Of a DNA stretch of 64,000 bases, positions 1 through 16,003 are shown one piece after another. The first letter of the stretch is position 1; the number at the start of each line of letters is the position of its first letter. The notes under the pieces were generated by a model. The model saw only the letters and a list, made by a program, of their open reading frames with translations, made no database searches and was not told the origin of the DNA. The stretch lies in assembly GCF_009914755.1 (NCBI RefSeq), contig NC_060932.1, one strand, 5' to 3'. The translations under genes and the position numbers were made by a program. This DNA comes from the human T2T-CHM13v2.0 reference genome, Homo sapiens.

Positions 1-351
1 GAGTGATTCCTGGCTAGCTGTTCACAAGAAAACAGAGACTTCAGAGGTACAACTGCGGGAACTGATTTTGCCAATAACCTGAATGAACTTGGAAGTAAAT
101 TCTTCACCACAGCCTCCCAGTGAGAGCCTAGTCTGGCCTGGCCAACACCTTGATTTCAGCCTTGTGAGACCTGAAGCCAAGAACCCGGTTGAGCCCACTC
201 AGACTTCTGATTTGGACCCATTTGCTAATAGCTGGGTGGTTTTTAATTTAATTTTATTTATTTGTTATATCTTCAACTTTTATTTTTGGGTGTTGTTTTA
301 AATCACTTAAGTATGTGGTAATTTGTTATGTGGCAATAGAAAAATAATGCA
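1..351 (+). mobile_element. MaLR LTR (MLT1D/E-like), 3' part, cut by the window start
   Basis: Contains MLT1 motifs 'gccaacaccttgatttcagccttgtgagac' and the terminal 'gtggtaatttgttatg...aatagaaaaataatgca'. Confidence 0.85.
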
Positions 352-378
352 GCTGCTGTGCTTCAATGAACTTCCTTT

Positions 379-680
<302 letters not shown>

Positions 681-1342
681 AATGAACTTCCTTTCTGAGA
701 AAATACACAAACAGCCTAGCATGGAGCGTAGAGTAGACATTAGGATACTTCATCAAGACCTGAGCTTCTTCACAGATTTCCCTCAGAGCTCTCACTGTCT
801 ATCTTCCTTCCAATGTCTGACATTGGGTCTACATGAGCCCATGTAGGCTCCATCCATACTCTTCTCATATCTGCCCTTCCCATCTCACCTCCAAGTGGCA
901 GCCCATGGGGTTCACAGCGCATCTGGGCAACTTGTAGATTCCACTTAAGAAAATCTCAGTATTGAGTATGAGCCCCTCTCCATGAACCCCTTCCCTACAT
1001 GGCCCACAGATATATTACATCTATAAATGTTTACAGGTTCCCAGACTACCCATGTTTTTCTCTCTTACCTTCTTATTATCATGGTACAATTTATACTTCT
1101 TTCAAAGGTAAACGGTCCTGTCTCAGAATCAAGATCTCCAAGTATGTCACATTAGGACATATAAAAGCCTACTTAAGGATGGTAGAGACCAAGGGGCAGT
1201 GAACATAGTTCAGATTCATCTTCAACAGTTCAGAAATAGGTGGACACTAGGTCCATAAAGCCAGAATAACTTTTTTCCTGATTAAGACTTGTTGTCATAG
1301 ATATAATTTCACTGATTCCTTCTTAAAGGTGTGCTTAGAAGT

Positions 1343-2230
1343 TTATTCATCCATCAAGCAGTTATTGAGTTTCTACTTTATGTACTGCAAATAGAAATAT
1401 AAGTTACACAGTGTCAGGCCCGATAGTTGTTCATAGTTTAATGGGGGAAACAAGGATGTCAATCCATAGCTAATGGTAAATAATAAAAACATGTGCAAAG
1501 TACTTTGCTCCACACTGAATTTAGCCTGGGGTGTCAAGGAGGGGCTTTGTAGAGGAAGTACACTGTCTTAAGGGACCAGCATATCTTTGACAGATAAATG
1601 ACAGACTGTCTTTTAGGCATGGAGAGTGATATGTTCAAAGGCATGAAAGAACATGGCATGTTCAGCAGATTTTGGTGTGATTGGAACAGAGTATATGTGT
1701 GTGTGTGTAGGGGGCCAGGTGGCAGAGGGTGGCAGGAGTGATGGTGGTTGGGTATGGAAAGGAAAGGTGAGTGAAGTCAGGTTATGATGGTCCCATGTGA
1801 TCTATTGAGGAGTTTAGACATTAAGCAGTGGGCAAAGAGAGCCAATGCAGGGTATTAAGCAGACGAAAGGCCTGAGCAGACAGCTTTGAACTTTGGAAAA
1901 TTAGCAATAGTGAGAGGATAGGCTAATGAGCTGTACTGGAGCTTTTGGATAATTCAAAGAAGAAATCAAGAATGACTAAGTTTCTATTACAAGAGACTAG
2001 ACTCATGAAGATGACATCAATATAAATAGGAATTCAGGAAGCAGATGTTTGTATGAAGTAGCGGCATGAAAAAATTTTTTTGTGTGTGTATCTTCAGTTT
2101 GAGGTGTTTGTAGGACCTTGTGTGATAAAACCTTGTCTGTGATATTCAGGAGACATTCAGAAATACAGTTCTGACAATAAGAACTTGGGGTTCATCAGTG
2201 ATTATGGAATATTTGAAGTGATTTATGTGT
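1343..2230 (-). mobile_element. L2 LINE 3' fragment (degenerate)
   Basis: L2 tail 'attcatccatcaagcagttattgag' followed by purine-rich antisense L2 motifs. Confidence 0.7.
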
Positions 2231-2240
2231 ATAACACCAT

Positions 2241-2340
2241 CATAGACTGTAAGATTCTCAAAGCAAGGAACTGTGTCTTTTCTTCATACTCCATAAGATC
2301 AGCACAACGTAGGTTTTAATAAATGCTTATTGAGTAAATA
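2241..2340 (+). mobile_element. L2 3' terminus
   Basis: 'tagactgtaagattctcaaagcaaggaactgtgtc...aataaatgcttattgag' matches the L2 3' end. Confidence 0.7.
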
Positions 2341-3036
2341 CACCCACTACTTTTAACAATTTGTTTGACCTTAGTTGATGTGCCTGAGTGCTTTAAAATA
2401 TATATAAAAAGCTATGTTGAATGTTGCTGAATCATTAACTATAAAGTCAGGTATTCAAACTGTCAAACTCTCCAGTGTCCCAAGATCTGAGGAGAATATT
2501 TTTTCTTTCCCTGAATTATCTATAAGCCCTAATTGACCATATAATTGCCATTTAGTTATATTACTTTGTAGTGTGCAAACCCACCTCATGGTTAAAATGC
2601 TGAAATTCACATGAAAAAGAATGCAAGCATATCAAATACATATCTATATTTTAACTACTATGCATTTTTGTCTTTATGTTAGCTGGAGCATTATGATGTC
2701 ATTTTATTTCATCTTCTTGTCTTTCTCCAGCTTCTTTTCTAGGATCCTTGCCATTCTCCTCTGCCTATATACATATGGAAGCCATGAATGTATTTTTCTT
2801 TAGGTAATTTTGTTATGGAACAGGAAAGGCAAATAGAGAGGAAGAAACATACATCATGAGATAAAACCCAAAAGGGATAAAAGAAAGAACCAATGGTTTT
2901 GCCTTATGTAACTATGCTTCATCTGAGCTCTGTTTGCTATTTCTTGTTTATATTACCAATTTTATGCTTTTTAAAGAATTATTCCTAATTCCATGATGAA
3001 AGTTTTGGTAAACAGTAAAAATATCTTACAATTTAA

Positions 3037-3658
<622 letters not shown>

Positions 3659-3714
3659 AATTCTACAAATTTTGATAAACATAGGAGGAAACTCATATTG
3701 GATAGTTGTCTTCC

Positions 3715-3987
3715 TATTCTATTCTATTTTGTTCTGTTCTAGAGATGGGGTCTCACTCTGTCACCATCATAGCTTACTGAGGCCATAAACTCCTGAGCTC
3801 AAGCAATCTTCCCACCTCAGCCTCCTGTGTAGCTGGCAAAAGGTGTGTGCCATCATGCCTTGCTAATTTATTTATTTTTTCTAGAGATGGGGTCTTGCTT
3901 TGTTGCCCAGGCTGGTCTTTAAGTAGGAGCTCCTGCCTCAGCCTCCCAAAGTACTGGGATTGCAGATGTCAGTCACAAAAGATGGCC
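3715..3987 (-). mobile_element. AluJ, degenerate with internal deletions
   Basis: 'agagatggggtctcactctgtcac...gcctcccaaagtactgggatt...ggcc'. Confidence 0.88.
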
Positions 3988-4948
3988 TAAAATTTTATTT
4001 ATATATCTCTATGAAAGAATAAAGGATTGGTTATTGTTAGAATAAAATTTGTGACTTTTTTTGATAAAGGTACAAGGGAAACTCATTTTTTAAAAAGCTG
4101 ATGAAAAAGAAAAGAACTATAGTAGTTTCCTTATTTCTTTAAATTCAGTCAGAGGCACAGGCCAACAAAATTGTATAATTAACAATTAGGATTACAGAAG
4201 TTTTTACCCTCTAGGGCAATGCTAGTAAGATTGGAATGGGTGAGGCGAGTTAAGTTTTTTGTTGTTTGGGGTAAAGTGGTGGGGTTGCGGGGAAGTCCAC
4301 TGTGAAAAGGAAGATAGGAAAGAAAAACACCTGGTCTGCAGCTGCACTCAATATTATTAGTTTTAAGAAAGAGAACATTTATAAGATGTGGATCTTGAAA
4401 TTGGTTCTTTTAAAACTGTGTTTGTTAGGACTCTAAGAAAGTTTTGACGTGCACGCAGGGATAACATATTCTCTAGTTTAAGATGGCTGCTTTAGTATAA
4501 CATGGAGAGATGACTAATTTTGATGAGCATGGTAACATGAGTGGGTGGTGATCTGCGGTGAGTTTACAGCAGAGGTGGTTTCCTAGTTGAATCGTGAAGG
4601 ATGGACAGCACTTTGATAATATAAAGGGAAGGTATTCAAGGCAAAGGAAACAGCTTTAGAAAAGGGGTGTTCATCGCTGCCTAATAGAATACAATAAAGG
4701 CTCAAACATTTTAACGTAAGATCCCAAGTGACCTAAAATTTGTCTTGAATGGTCAGTTGAGGTTGATGGGGAACCATGGCAGAATTCTAAGCAGAAGAGG
4801 GACATGATTAGCTATGCTTTGGAAGAATAATTAAAAAAGAAAGAAGATAATTAGTTGCAGTAAGGAGGAAGTGTGACTTGAAGAAGGGAGATAATCAACT
4901 TAAAATATGTAGGTTAATGTCAGAGTATGGAATTCCATGTTTGGTCAT

Positions 4949-5561
4949 TGTACTACATTGAATAATATTCTGCCAACATTTATGTCCACCTGGAACCTCA
5001 GAATGTGACCTTATTTTAAAATCGAGTCTTTATAGATTTAACTATTTAAGTTAAGATGAAGCCATACCGGAGTAGGTTGGGCCCTCAATCCAGTGACTGG
5101 GGTCTTTATAAGAAGCCTAAGTGCTGGAGTGGCCTATCAACTACAAGCCAGTAACACTGCCTTTCCTATTTTTGCATCTGCTCATGAATATAGTAATTTA
5201 CATATAGTTAATTTATGTCTGCCGAGTCTCTCAGGTACACTGATGATGAATAAATCAGAACAGTATGAATTTTTTTTAAAAAAGCCTAGTTGAAGACAGA
5301 GAAGAGACGCAAGGAGAATGCCATGTGACAACAGTGGCAGAAATTGGAGCACTACATTGCTAAGTCAGAAAACACAAAGGATTGTTGGTGATCACCAAAA
5401 GCTGGGAGAGAGAGCATGGAAAAAATTCTCCCTCAGCTCTTTCAAAAGGACCAACCTTGAATTCAGGCTTCTAGCCTCCAGAACTGCGAGAAAATAAATA
5501 TCTGTTGTTTTAAGCCACCCAGTTTGTGGTAATTTGTTATGGCAGTCTTAGGAAACTAACA
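4949..5561 (+). mobile_element. MLT1C-like MaLR solo LTR with an internal insert of about 165 bp, lying within degenerate antisense L2 (about 4500-6080)
   Basis: 'gaacctcagaatgtgaccttattt...gggccctcaatccagtgactggggtctttataagaag' and 'gcctccagaactgcgagaaaataaatatctgttgttttaagccacccagtttgtggtaatttgtt'. Confidence 0.9.
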
Positions 5562-7632
5562 GAGTTAGCAAAGCAGATAATTATGATAACATATGGACAA
5601 CTCATATGGAAGCATAAGTTGTAAGAGAAATAGCAATACATTCAGTTTAGTAAATGTGAAACTTGAGTCGTAAGTTAAGAATCAAGGTCTCTTTCAATAC
5701 ATTTGGTACAGAAAGCAGTTGAGAATTTAGGTCTGGAAATCGGAAGGGAGGACTGCGTGGTAGATATTGAACTAGGTTGAAATCACCTGTCTAGAGGATG
5801 TGGTGGGAATGATATAGTGGATGAGATTACCAGTAAAAGCCTGCATAGAACAAGAAAAATTGGGAAGTCACAACCTTGGAATTTACTGACATTTACGGCA
5901 TAGCATAAGAAAAGGAACTGAGAAGTAGCAATTAGAGAGACAGATCTAAAAGAGAAAAATGCCACAAAAAATCAGGGAAGGTAAGAGTTTGAAAAAGGAA
6001 GTCAGTGGCATCTTATGCTGCACATAAAGTGAGTAGGATGGGGGCAAGTAAGAGTTCACTGGTCATCTTTAAGAACGTTGGTTAGGGAGATATGTAATGC
6101 CATCAAATTTTGTCATTTTCTCCCCATTTGTCTTAACAAGTATTTTGTGAAACAGGTATGTAGACTCTTGTGTTTGTTCTCTAAATAGTATTTTGAATTT
6201 CTATTCATTATTTTCTTTTGCAAACTTTGCTAGATTCCTTTTAATTCTTAATTAAGAATTAATTCATTTTTCAGCGACTTATTTCTCAAAAATCCCAGTT
6301 GGTTCAATTTTTTTAAAACCCACTATTTCTATCTTGTTGAATAACAGGCAGGAATTAGGCGAAGAGTATTGTATTCTAATTTGGGAAGTTTTTAGGGGAG
6401 AAAGGAGCACGTCCTTTTTCTTTTGCCATGTTTAGGCAATAATTAATGATAAATTCATACAGCTGCCCTCAAAAGTTACATCTGAAAAAAAATCTCACTT
6501 TACATACATGAGTATTTTTGGTGAGAATACATTTCTGAGTGAAAATAGCACAAAATTATGATTTTTTGCCAAAGTATGTGGCAGTCTACCATAAAGCCTA
6601 TACATTTTAGGCAAATTTGGGAAAGTATAGATATAACTCAACCAAGTCTCACTTCACTCCCTTTTCACATTCACCTCTAAATGCTGTGAAGATTTTGAGT
6701 TGTTTATCACATTTCACTTGTGCATTATGGTATTGTTTGCACACATCAGTTTGTACATATGGTAATGTACATATGGATGTTATGATGCACAATTTCCTAA
6801 CCTAACTGATTCATGATCTGTGTAGAATATGCTGCAATGCATGTATGGTTCCAACACTTGTTTCCACACCCCATGTTAGCCGTCTACTCTCTAGAGCATT
6901 TCTTTAGTTAATCTGGAAGTGCTGGAGGTATGTCTCTGTTGTTTATTTTTGTTACTAGTGAATCATATTCTATTGTCCCAAAAATGTAATGGTACCTAAC
7001 CCTGTTTAAAGTTAGTCAACCATTTTAAGGCTAAAGTAACAACAAAAAAAATTTCATAGATTGTGAATTTATATTATACACCCATATGTACACACACCTG
7101 CCTATATACACAAAAATCAACACACATAACCAATGGCAACCCTTCCAAAATCTAAATGCAATTGGAAAAAGAATGAATAAACATATCAGCATAAACATAG
7201 TCATAATACTAATATATTTAATTTCAGTAAACATTTAAAATTCCTCAATGGCTTCAGGTATTTTTTTGGGAGTAGGAAATTAACAAGTAGGGTGACCCTG
7301 CTTTTACCATTTTTTCTCTGTGGAGTAGCAGCCTGAAAGAGTCAAAGAATGTTTGATACAATGTTCCTGAAAATTGGTGTCTTGGGGAAGTTATGAGGTG
7401 CATTTTGAACATCTCATTCATTTATTCAACTAATATTTATTGTGCACTTATTTTGCACCAGGAAAGCTCATCATATTCTGTATTCACTTTGAAGATTTTT
7501 TAGTTAACATTCCTCTCTTTCATTTTACACACACTCTTACATTTATTAGTTTATTTATTTGTTAGTTTATACTCTTCCTTATTAGTTTGTTTATTGATGT
7601 TTTCTTTATTTAAAACGTGTTTCATTAGAATG

Positions 7633-8383
<751 letters not shown>

Positions 8384-9299
8384 CTGGAATACATACATAT
8401 CAAGAAAAAAGGGGTAAATCTATTTTAAGAAGCAGGTGAAAAATTAGATCAAGATATTAGGCCAAATGCCATACATCCCGAGATGACAGAAAAAAATGTT
8501 GTGAAAACTCTACAATGCTGGAAAGCAAGACATTGCCACCAGTAAGCCAGAAAATTTGAGACATTTCTGAAAGTTAGAAAGCATATGGGTTCATATGTTA
8601 GCTCATTTAATGCTCACAGTTGTAAAGTGCTCAGAACAGTGTTGATGTTAATGAAAAAAACCATCATTCAAAACAGTCACAGGAGACGTTCATTGCAAAG
8701 TGAGAGGGTTCTGAGAGAGTTTTACCCTTGGAGGAAGTGAATACAAGGGACCAGAAGGGGCCATGGTCAACCATTGGGGTGATTCCACACCAATTGCATT
8801 CAGAGTAATGAAGTAGGTTGCTCTCTTTTTGACCAAACCTGCATTCAGTTGATAAGTGCAGAAGCATTTTCCTCTAGGTGGTGAGAGGGAATTTGGACTA
8901 GAGAAGCAGAGCTGTATCTTAGCAGGATGGCAACAATCAAAAGGAATGGGGGACTCTATGCCCAGACAGTGAGTTGGTCTTATACTACTCTTGACAGTGG
9001 TTTTCCCTCATAGTGTAGAAAGAATATGGTCAAGTGAACATCATTTACAGCAATGGCGTACCAAGTTGTGGGGTGAGGAGGGGAGGTGGAGTGAGAGGAG
9101 GTTGTGGGACTCATCTTCCCCAGGTGTAGGCAATAAATGGGGGACATTGTCTGTAGGAAGTTTAAAAGAACTCCTAAAACAACTAAAAGTTGGTTTGATT
9201 TTTATTATCACCATGTGCTAATACTTCTTAAAAACACTGATAAAATGCTTCTATCCCCAAGGTAAACGGCTCCTACGCTTTGCTCTGTGTCCACTACAG

Positions 9300-10130
9300 A
9301 TATACACAAGTTACAGGGGCAATATCAAGTACAAAGATGATCACACAAACACCAAATTACCAAGCGATTGCACAAAATCACTACTATGAGAAGCACTGAA
9401 GAAAACAAATTTAAAAACCCCAGTATCTAAAGAAACAGAATAACAAAGCTGATGATATTTTTAAAAAGCTTGATATCTTCATAAAGGTAGGAAAGTATAT
9501 CTATTATATGTTGATTGGGATAGATTATTGCGAAAGGGAATAGATAAGAGACGTGAAGAGAAAAAATTTGATTATCCAAAAAACAAAAATAAACAACAAA
9601 AAAAGATTTGAGATTAGCTAAACTGCCGAATGAACACAACAGAGGAGAGAATGAGTTGAAGAATTCTCCCAGAGTGTAGCACAGGACAACAGGTGTAAAA
9701 GTACACAAGGAAAGTAAGACAGGACTGAAGTTACATCAGGTAAGAAAAGCATATGGAGAATAGATCTAGAAGTTACAACACCTGTATAAATTCCCAAAGG
9801 AGAGAACAGAGGAAAAAGAGAAGATAAATCAGTCAAAGAAACTGTAGGGAAACATTCTGCAGAGCTGAAGAAATGTACAAGTCTTCAGATTCAAAGAGGT
9901 CACCAGCGGTGAGTGAAATGAATAAGAGAAAACTCAAACCTGGCACACTGTCAGAAATCTCAGAACACTAAAATTAAAAAGAAAAATTCTAAAAGCTTCA
10001 AGAGATGGAAAAAAACAACAACCTTATAAAAACATTAGATTGGCTTCAGATTTCTCATTGACAACACTGAACACTAGAAGCTAATGGAGCAATGTCTCAA
10101 AATTTCCCAGGGAAAATAAATTTTCTTTGA
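9300..10130 (+). mobile_element. Ancient L1M (L1ME-like) ORF1-region fragment
   Basis: A-rich, with 'agagctgaagaaatgtacaagtcttcagattcaaagagg' and 'attagattggcttcagatttctca...ctagaagctaatggagcaatgtc'. Confidence 0.7.
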
Positions 10131-11979
10131 ACTCCATATTGCCAAACCCTAGATAAGATTATCTCTTTGCTTTTCTCAGGAAGACTTCACCTTCCAAGCA
10201 CAACTCTTCCTTGCTAAGAAAGCAGCAAATTCCATTTTTGTGTCAGCTATTCAGTGGTGGCTTCTTCCTTTTACACTAGGAATATCATGTAAAAGGTAAA
10301 AATGTTTAAAAAGAAAAAGCAAATGAAGGAGTTGAAATTTTTCTTGGTGTAGCATGCAGAGCTCTGTAAAAGTTTTATTGAGATATTTAGTATAGGCCTT
10401 GAGGCTAAAGTAGATCTGCTGACCTTTCCCTGAATCTAAATTTTGGAACCACATGCTGAAGAGACATATGCTATTTCCACAGGTCGGGCTGTGGGCCTAC
10501 TTACCCACCTACTGATCTTGAGTGAGGACTTCCTCTAAGAAGTAATTCATGCCCAGATGGACTTACTGCATGACAGAAGGAAACACCTAGAGAAAAATAA
10601 GTCCTGATTTCCTGCCTTTGAGGTGAAGCAATCCCAACCACTACTAAAGAGGGGTGGATGAATATCTTGGCTTCTGACCAATTAGGTCAGCAACTTCTCC
10701 AGCTATGAGTAAATTGGGAATGAAACAGGGGATAGCAAGAGGCCAGTTTGACAGGGGGATTGTAGAAGTACTTCAACTCCCCAAAACAAATATCAGTGTT
10801 TCTGAGGTTGATTTGTCATTGCCTCGATAGCAGGATGTGTGGCTGGGGTCTGGAGATGAAAGCAGAAGTACATGATGCAGAGATTGGCTTCTTTCATAGC
10901 GATGCCAGGAGAGATGTGTGGAGAGCTCCTGGAAGGGAGGGGTTCCATTCAAAACAATTCAATCCTCTAAATGCAAACGGAGGACATTTGTAGAAAGAGG
11001 GAAACCAAGAACGTCCGAGTCAATAATGCAAAATCGCATGTGAGGCTTAGAGAAACCAGAAAGAGCACAGACAGAAGGAAATCAGAGTAGGGAAGGGGGA
11101 AGAAGTCAGGGTGCCAATAAACAGAAATGTGGAGTAAGGTCCTGCTTCTGCACATTGGGATTCAGGACTGTAAGACAGAGTTCTAAACTCTGGTGACCTG
11201 TGTGTGGTTGAGGTCAGCTGTTAGAGCCCTGGAGCACCAGGCTCCCAGTTTTTGACCACTTAGAAATTAGGAGGTTCAGTGCCTGCCTGGGAAAATTCTT
11301 GGGCAGATTCTTCTTTAAGAGTGACTGGGTAGTAAATGGTTATCAGGATTATACTTCCTTGACTGGAAAATATTTACACAGCTTTTTTCTCTGAAAGTAT
11401 AGATAGAGACATTATTTTTATTTCAGGTAAAGAATTAACAGCACCTAATAAGGAAAGAATGGAGAATGAATATTCAGTTTGATGTTGAAATAAAGGAGAG
11501 TGCAGTGCATATAGTTAAGAGATACTCTGAGTGCCAAATTAATGTCTGGTTCTTTTTCTTCTTCTAAACAAAAACCCAGGAAGATACACTGAGTTGGTCT
11601 GAATGCACTAAAGAGCCAAACTAAGCATATCCAAGCAGGTGGCTGGGTATGTGGGTGAAATTTAAATGATTTTTGACCTTCAAACCACTAAATGAAGGAT
11701 AATGGAAATGTCTATTAGAAGTAGGTTAACAAAAAAGACTAAGGTGAAATTAAACAAATTGCTGATAACTGCTGAAACTCAGCAAGAGAACTGTACTGGT
11801 AGTCTGACTGTACATTGAAACATTCCTTAAGATGCAAACAGATGGTAATAACTTTTCTTTTTTAAGGAATTATATTTTCATGAAGACATTTATACTGACT
11901 AGGTCACTGCCCTAAGTCTTGATTGGTTATCTACTGCTAGGGACAGACCTGCAGGATATTCATGTACCATTAAAAAGCT

Positions 11980-13497
11980 ACCAAGTGATTTTTGACAAAG
12001 GTGCAAGAGCAATTCAAAGGAGAAAAGATAGCCTTTTCAACAAATGGTGCTGGAGCAACTGGACGGCCATAGGCAAGAAAAGTGAACTTCAACCTAAACC
12101 TACACCTTATACAAAAAATTAACTCAAAATGGATCATGGACTTAAGTGGAGAACATAAAACTATATGTTTTAGAAAACAATAGGGAGAAGTTCTGGATCT
12201 ATGGCTGGCAAAGAGTTCTTAAGTTGGACACTAAAAATACAGTCCATGAAAGCAAAAATCAATCAGATTGCACTTGATCAAAATGGGAAACTTTTGCTTT
12301 GTGAAAGATATTGTCATGTTAAAAGCATGAAAAGGCAAGCTACAAGCTGCAGAGTGGGAGAAAATATTCACAGACTACCTATCTGACAAAGGTCTAGTAT
12401 CTAGGATATAAAGAATTCTCAAAATTCAACAGCAAAATACCAAAACAATCTAATTATGAAGTGGGTAAAACACATGAACAGACATTTCACGGAAGATGAT
12501 ATGCAGATGGCAAATAAGTAAATGAAAAGGTGTCTCGCATCATTAGCTATTGGGAAATGCAAATTATAACCACAATGAGCTATAACTACACATCTATCAG
12601 AATGGCTAAAATAAAAATAGTGACAACACCAAATGCTGGCAAGCCTGGGAAGAAACTGGATCACTCATACACTGCTGCTTGGAATGTAAAATGATGCAGT
12701 CACTCTGGAAAACAGTTTGACAGTTTCTTATAAAGCTAAACATGCAATTATCATATGACCCCTATAATTGTACTCCTGGGCATTTATCCTGGAGAAATAA
12801 AAACTTTGTGTTTTCACAAAAACTTGTGCACACATATTCATAGATTTATTTGTAATAGCCCCAAACTGGAAGTAACCTGGATGTCTTTCAATAAGTGAAT
12901 GGTTAAACTGTGGTAAGTTCATGTCATGGAATACTTAAGCCAAAAAAAAAAAAAAAGGAATAAACTCTTGATGCACACACAATTTAGAAAGATCTCTGGA
13001 GAATTATATTGATTAAAAGCCAATCTCTAAAGACTATGTACTGTGTGATTCAATTTATATGACATTTTTGAAATAACAAAATTATAGAGATGGAGAATAG
13101 CGATTGTCAAGGATCAGGTTTTGGTGTGGTTATAACAGTGCAACATGAGGGATCTTTGCAGCATGGAATTTTGTATTTTGACTGTGGTGGGGGGATACAT
13201 GAGCTTGCACATGTAATAAAATTGCACAAAACTAAATATGCCATACACAAACACACACGCATGGATGAGTACAAGTAAAACTGGAGAAATATGAATAAGA
13301 TCAGTGGATTATCATTGTCAACATCCTGGTTGTGAATTATCATTTTCAATATCCTCGTTGTGAGATTATTGTACTATAGTTTTGCAAGATGTTACAATTG
13401 GGGAAACTGGGTAAAGGGTATATGGGATATTTCTGTATTATTTCTTACAACTGCATGCAAATCTATCCCCAAATTAAATTTTTAATTCATAAAAAAG
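11980..13497 (+). mobile_element. Old L1 (L1MD/L1MC-type): ORF2 C-terminal remnant and 3' UTR
   Basis: ORF 11919-12122 contains [19 protein letters not shown]. 3' UTR has 'ttgcaagatgttacaattggggaaactgggtaaaggg'. Confidence 0.9.
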
Positions 13498-13574
13498 GCC
13501 TCACTAACCTGAGGGCAGGCTGTTTGCTTAGTTATGCTGAGCATACCTACTTTTGCAGAACCTGGAGTTCTATA

Positions 13575-13724
13575 ACCTTGTCACTCAGAGTGGTCCACAG
13601 ACCTGTCACATTGGCATCCCCTGAGCACTTGTCTGGGCCCCTTCCTAGGCCTATTGAATCAGAATCTGCGTTTTCACAAGCTCCTCAGTTAATTTATATG
13701 CACGTCGACGTTTGAGAAACATTG
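13575..13724. mobile_element. MER5-type hAT-Charlie MITE
   Basis: 'ggcctattgaatcagaatctgcgttttcacaagctcc...tttgagaaacattg'. Confidence 0.8.
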
Positions 13725-15365
13725 TTTCATAAGAGGAGTCTTGCAATTTTATATTGTAAAATGTTGGCAAGAGCCACACTTCCTCCCCCACAAAGCTTAA
13801 ACATCCTTTCTCTTCTCTTGAGAGAAGGGTAAAAAGTCCTGAGTTTTCTGGAATGCTAGCTGTGTCTATATCACTAACGATTCTCGCAAAACTCAGTGGC
13901 TTTATTAGGTTCCTTTCAGATGAATGAACTAAAGCCCAGTCTATCTTACTGAAAAGTCATATATGCAGATAGGTGATAGAAGGTTAGAAACAAATTATGA
14001 CTGAGCTAACAGAAGAGAGAAGTGAAAATAATTAGAACTCAATGTTTATTGAGCTTTAAATAGTCAGTATTTTGATTTTAAGAGGCAGAACTAGTCTTAT
14101 AATGAATATCTTCTCCTTAAAAAATGGAGAACATTTAGAATACATGGAACACAACTAAATAAGAATATAGTTATTAGGGTTTTATGTTAGCAGTATGTGC
14201 CAGAAGGTGAATTTTTTAATATTTAAACTGAATGACACAAACTTAGTTTGCATATATGTAAAGTAAAGCTAATATTTTACAGAGGAGAATAATGTATTAA
14301 TAATAAACCATGGGAAAACACTTTGAATCTTCAAGAGGAAAATGTAGAAAAGAAGAACACCATATGGTACTATAACATAAATTTCTAAGGCTATTCAGAG
14401 AGGTAGGCTACTCTCCTGATGAACATTGTCATCAAATTTTACGGTCCAAATTACTTACCATGTCTTGTGCAAATAATTTGTATGGTCTGTCACATACTGT
14501 ATTACACTGAATATTCAATTCAAATAGCCTAGTTTCTGAAGGGCATAACAGCACATAGCTGTAAAACTTACTCATAAATCATATGGGCATGGTTAATGGA
14601 GCTCACCGTTCGATCTATTTGTAGTCAGTACGATCTGGGATGTGCATCACAGATTTTTATATAAATTGAGGACATCAACAGTCATATAAATTTGCATTTG
14701 CAACTTGATTTCTCTTAGTGAATGTGACAGAATCATCCTATTGGCTACAAGCAAACTGCAAAAGCAGTGTAAAAGATATTACATCCTTAAAGTATTGCAG
14801 ACACCCTATGGATCTGTTCTTTTTAATCTGATATTTGAGAAGAAGAGATAATTGAAAGCAAAACTGTGTAAGAATCCTTTTGGAAACTGAAATCTGTACT
14901 TGGCTTTCTAGCAGTAACCTAAATACAGGGTGTTCTGCAATTGATAAGAGGCTGGGATTACTATGGTTCCTACCGTGCTATCTGTGGTACTAGGTTCTTA
15001 AACTTTTGACTCAGGTGATAAGGTACTTGTCATAAAGGCTTTAAGTGTGACTATGGTGACATTGGAAGTAAGAGATCACAGTACCACAGCTGGAGAAAGG
15101 TATATTGCTTTTATACTCATGAACACTAGATATTTGTATTTGCTTGTATGCAGGGAAAATTCAAGTTTTGTAGTGCCAGGAACTTATATAATTTTTATGT
15201 CTCTTTTAAAGAAAAACAATAGAAAATTATAAATTCTAATTTCAACATAGAATTTTCACTGAAAGAATCTGAAGCTTAAGCTTTATTAGCTTCATAGTAA
15301 AGTCATCTCTGAAGATGTTAAAGATTGTTCAAAACACCACAGTGTTTTAAAACCTACCATCCAGG

Positions 15366-16003
15366 AGTACCACTTCACACTCACTAGGATGGCTATAATA
15401 AGAAAAATGGACAATAAGTGTTGGTGAGTTTGTGGAGTAACTGGAACCCTCATACCTTGTTGGGAATATGAGATGGTTCAGTCATTAAACTGTAAAAAAC
15501 AGTTTGGCAGTTTCTCAAAAAATTAACCATAGAATATTCATAATAGCATTATTCACAGTAGCCAAAAGGTGGCCACCAGCCAAGTGTCCATCATTAGATA
15601 AACATACAATATATACACAATGAAGCATTATTCAGCCATATAAAAGAATGAAGTACTGGCACATGCTATAATATGGATGAACCTAGAAAACATTATGCTA
15701 AGTGAAAGAAGCTAGACACAAAAGGCCATATATGGTATGATTTCATTCATATGAGATAACGAGAACAGACAAGTTCATAGAGACAAAATGCAAATGTTGA
15801 ATACCAGGAACTGGGAGGAGCAGAGAATAGGGAGAAACTGTTCAATGTGTAAAAGATCTTACTTTAGAGTGATGGAAACTTTTTGGAACTAGACAGAGGT
15901 GGCAGTTGCGCAACACTGAATGTACTAAATGCTACTGTGAATGTATAAGTGCACTTTGGTTAATTGTGTGTTATCTGAATTTCCCCTCAATCAATTATTT
16001 TTT
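15366..16003 (+). mobile_element. L1MB-type 3' fragment
   Basis: 'taccacttcacactcactaggatggctataat' and 'atggatgaacctagaaaacattatgctaagtgaaagaagc'. Confidence 0.88.
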
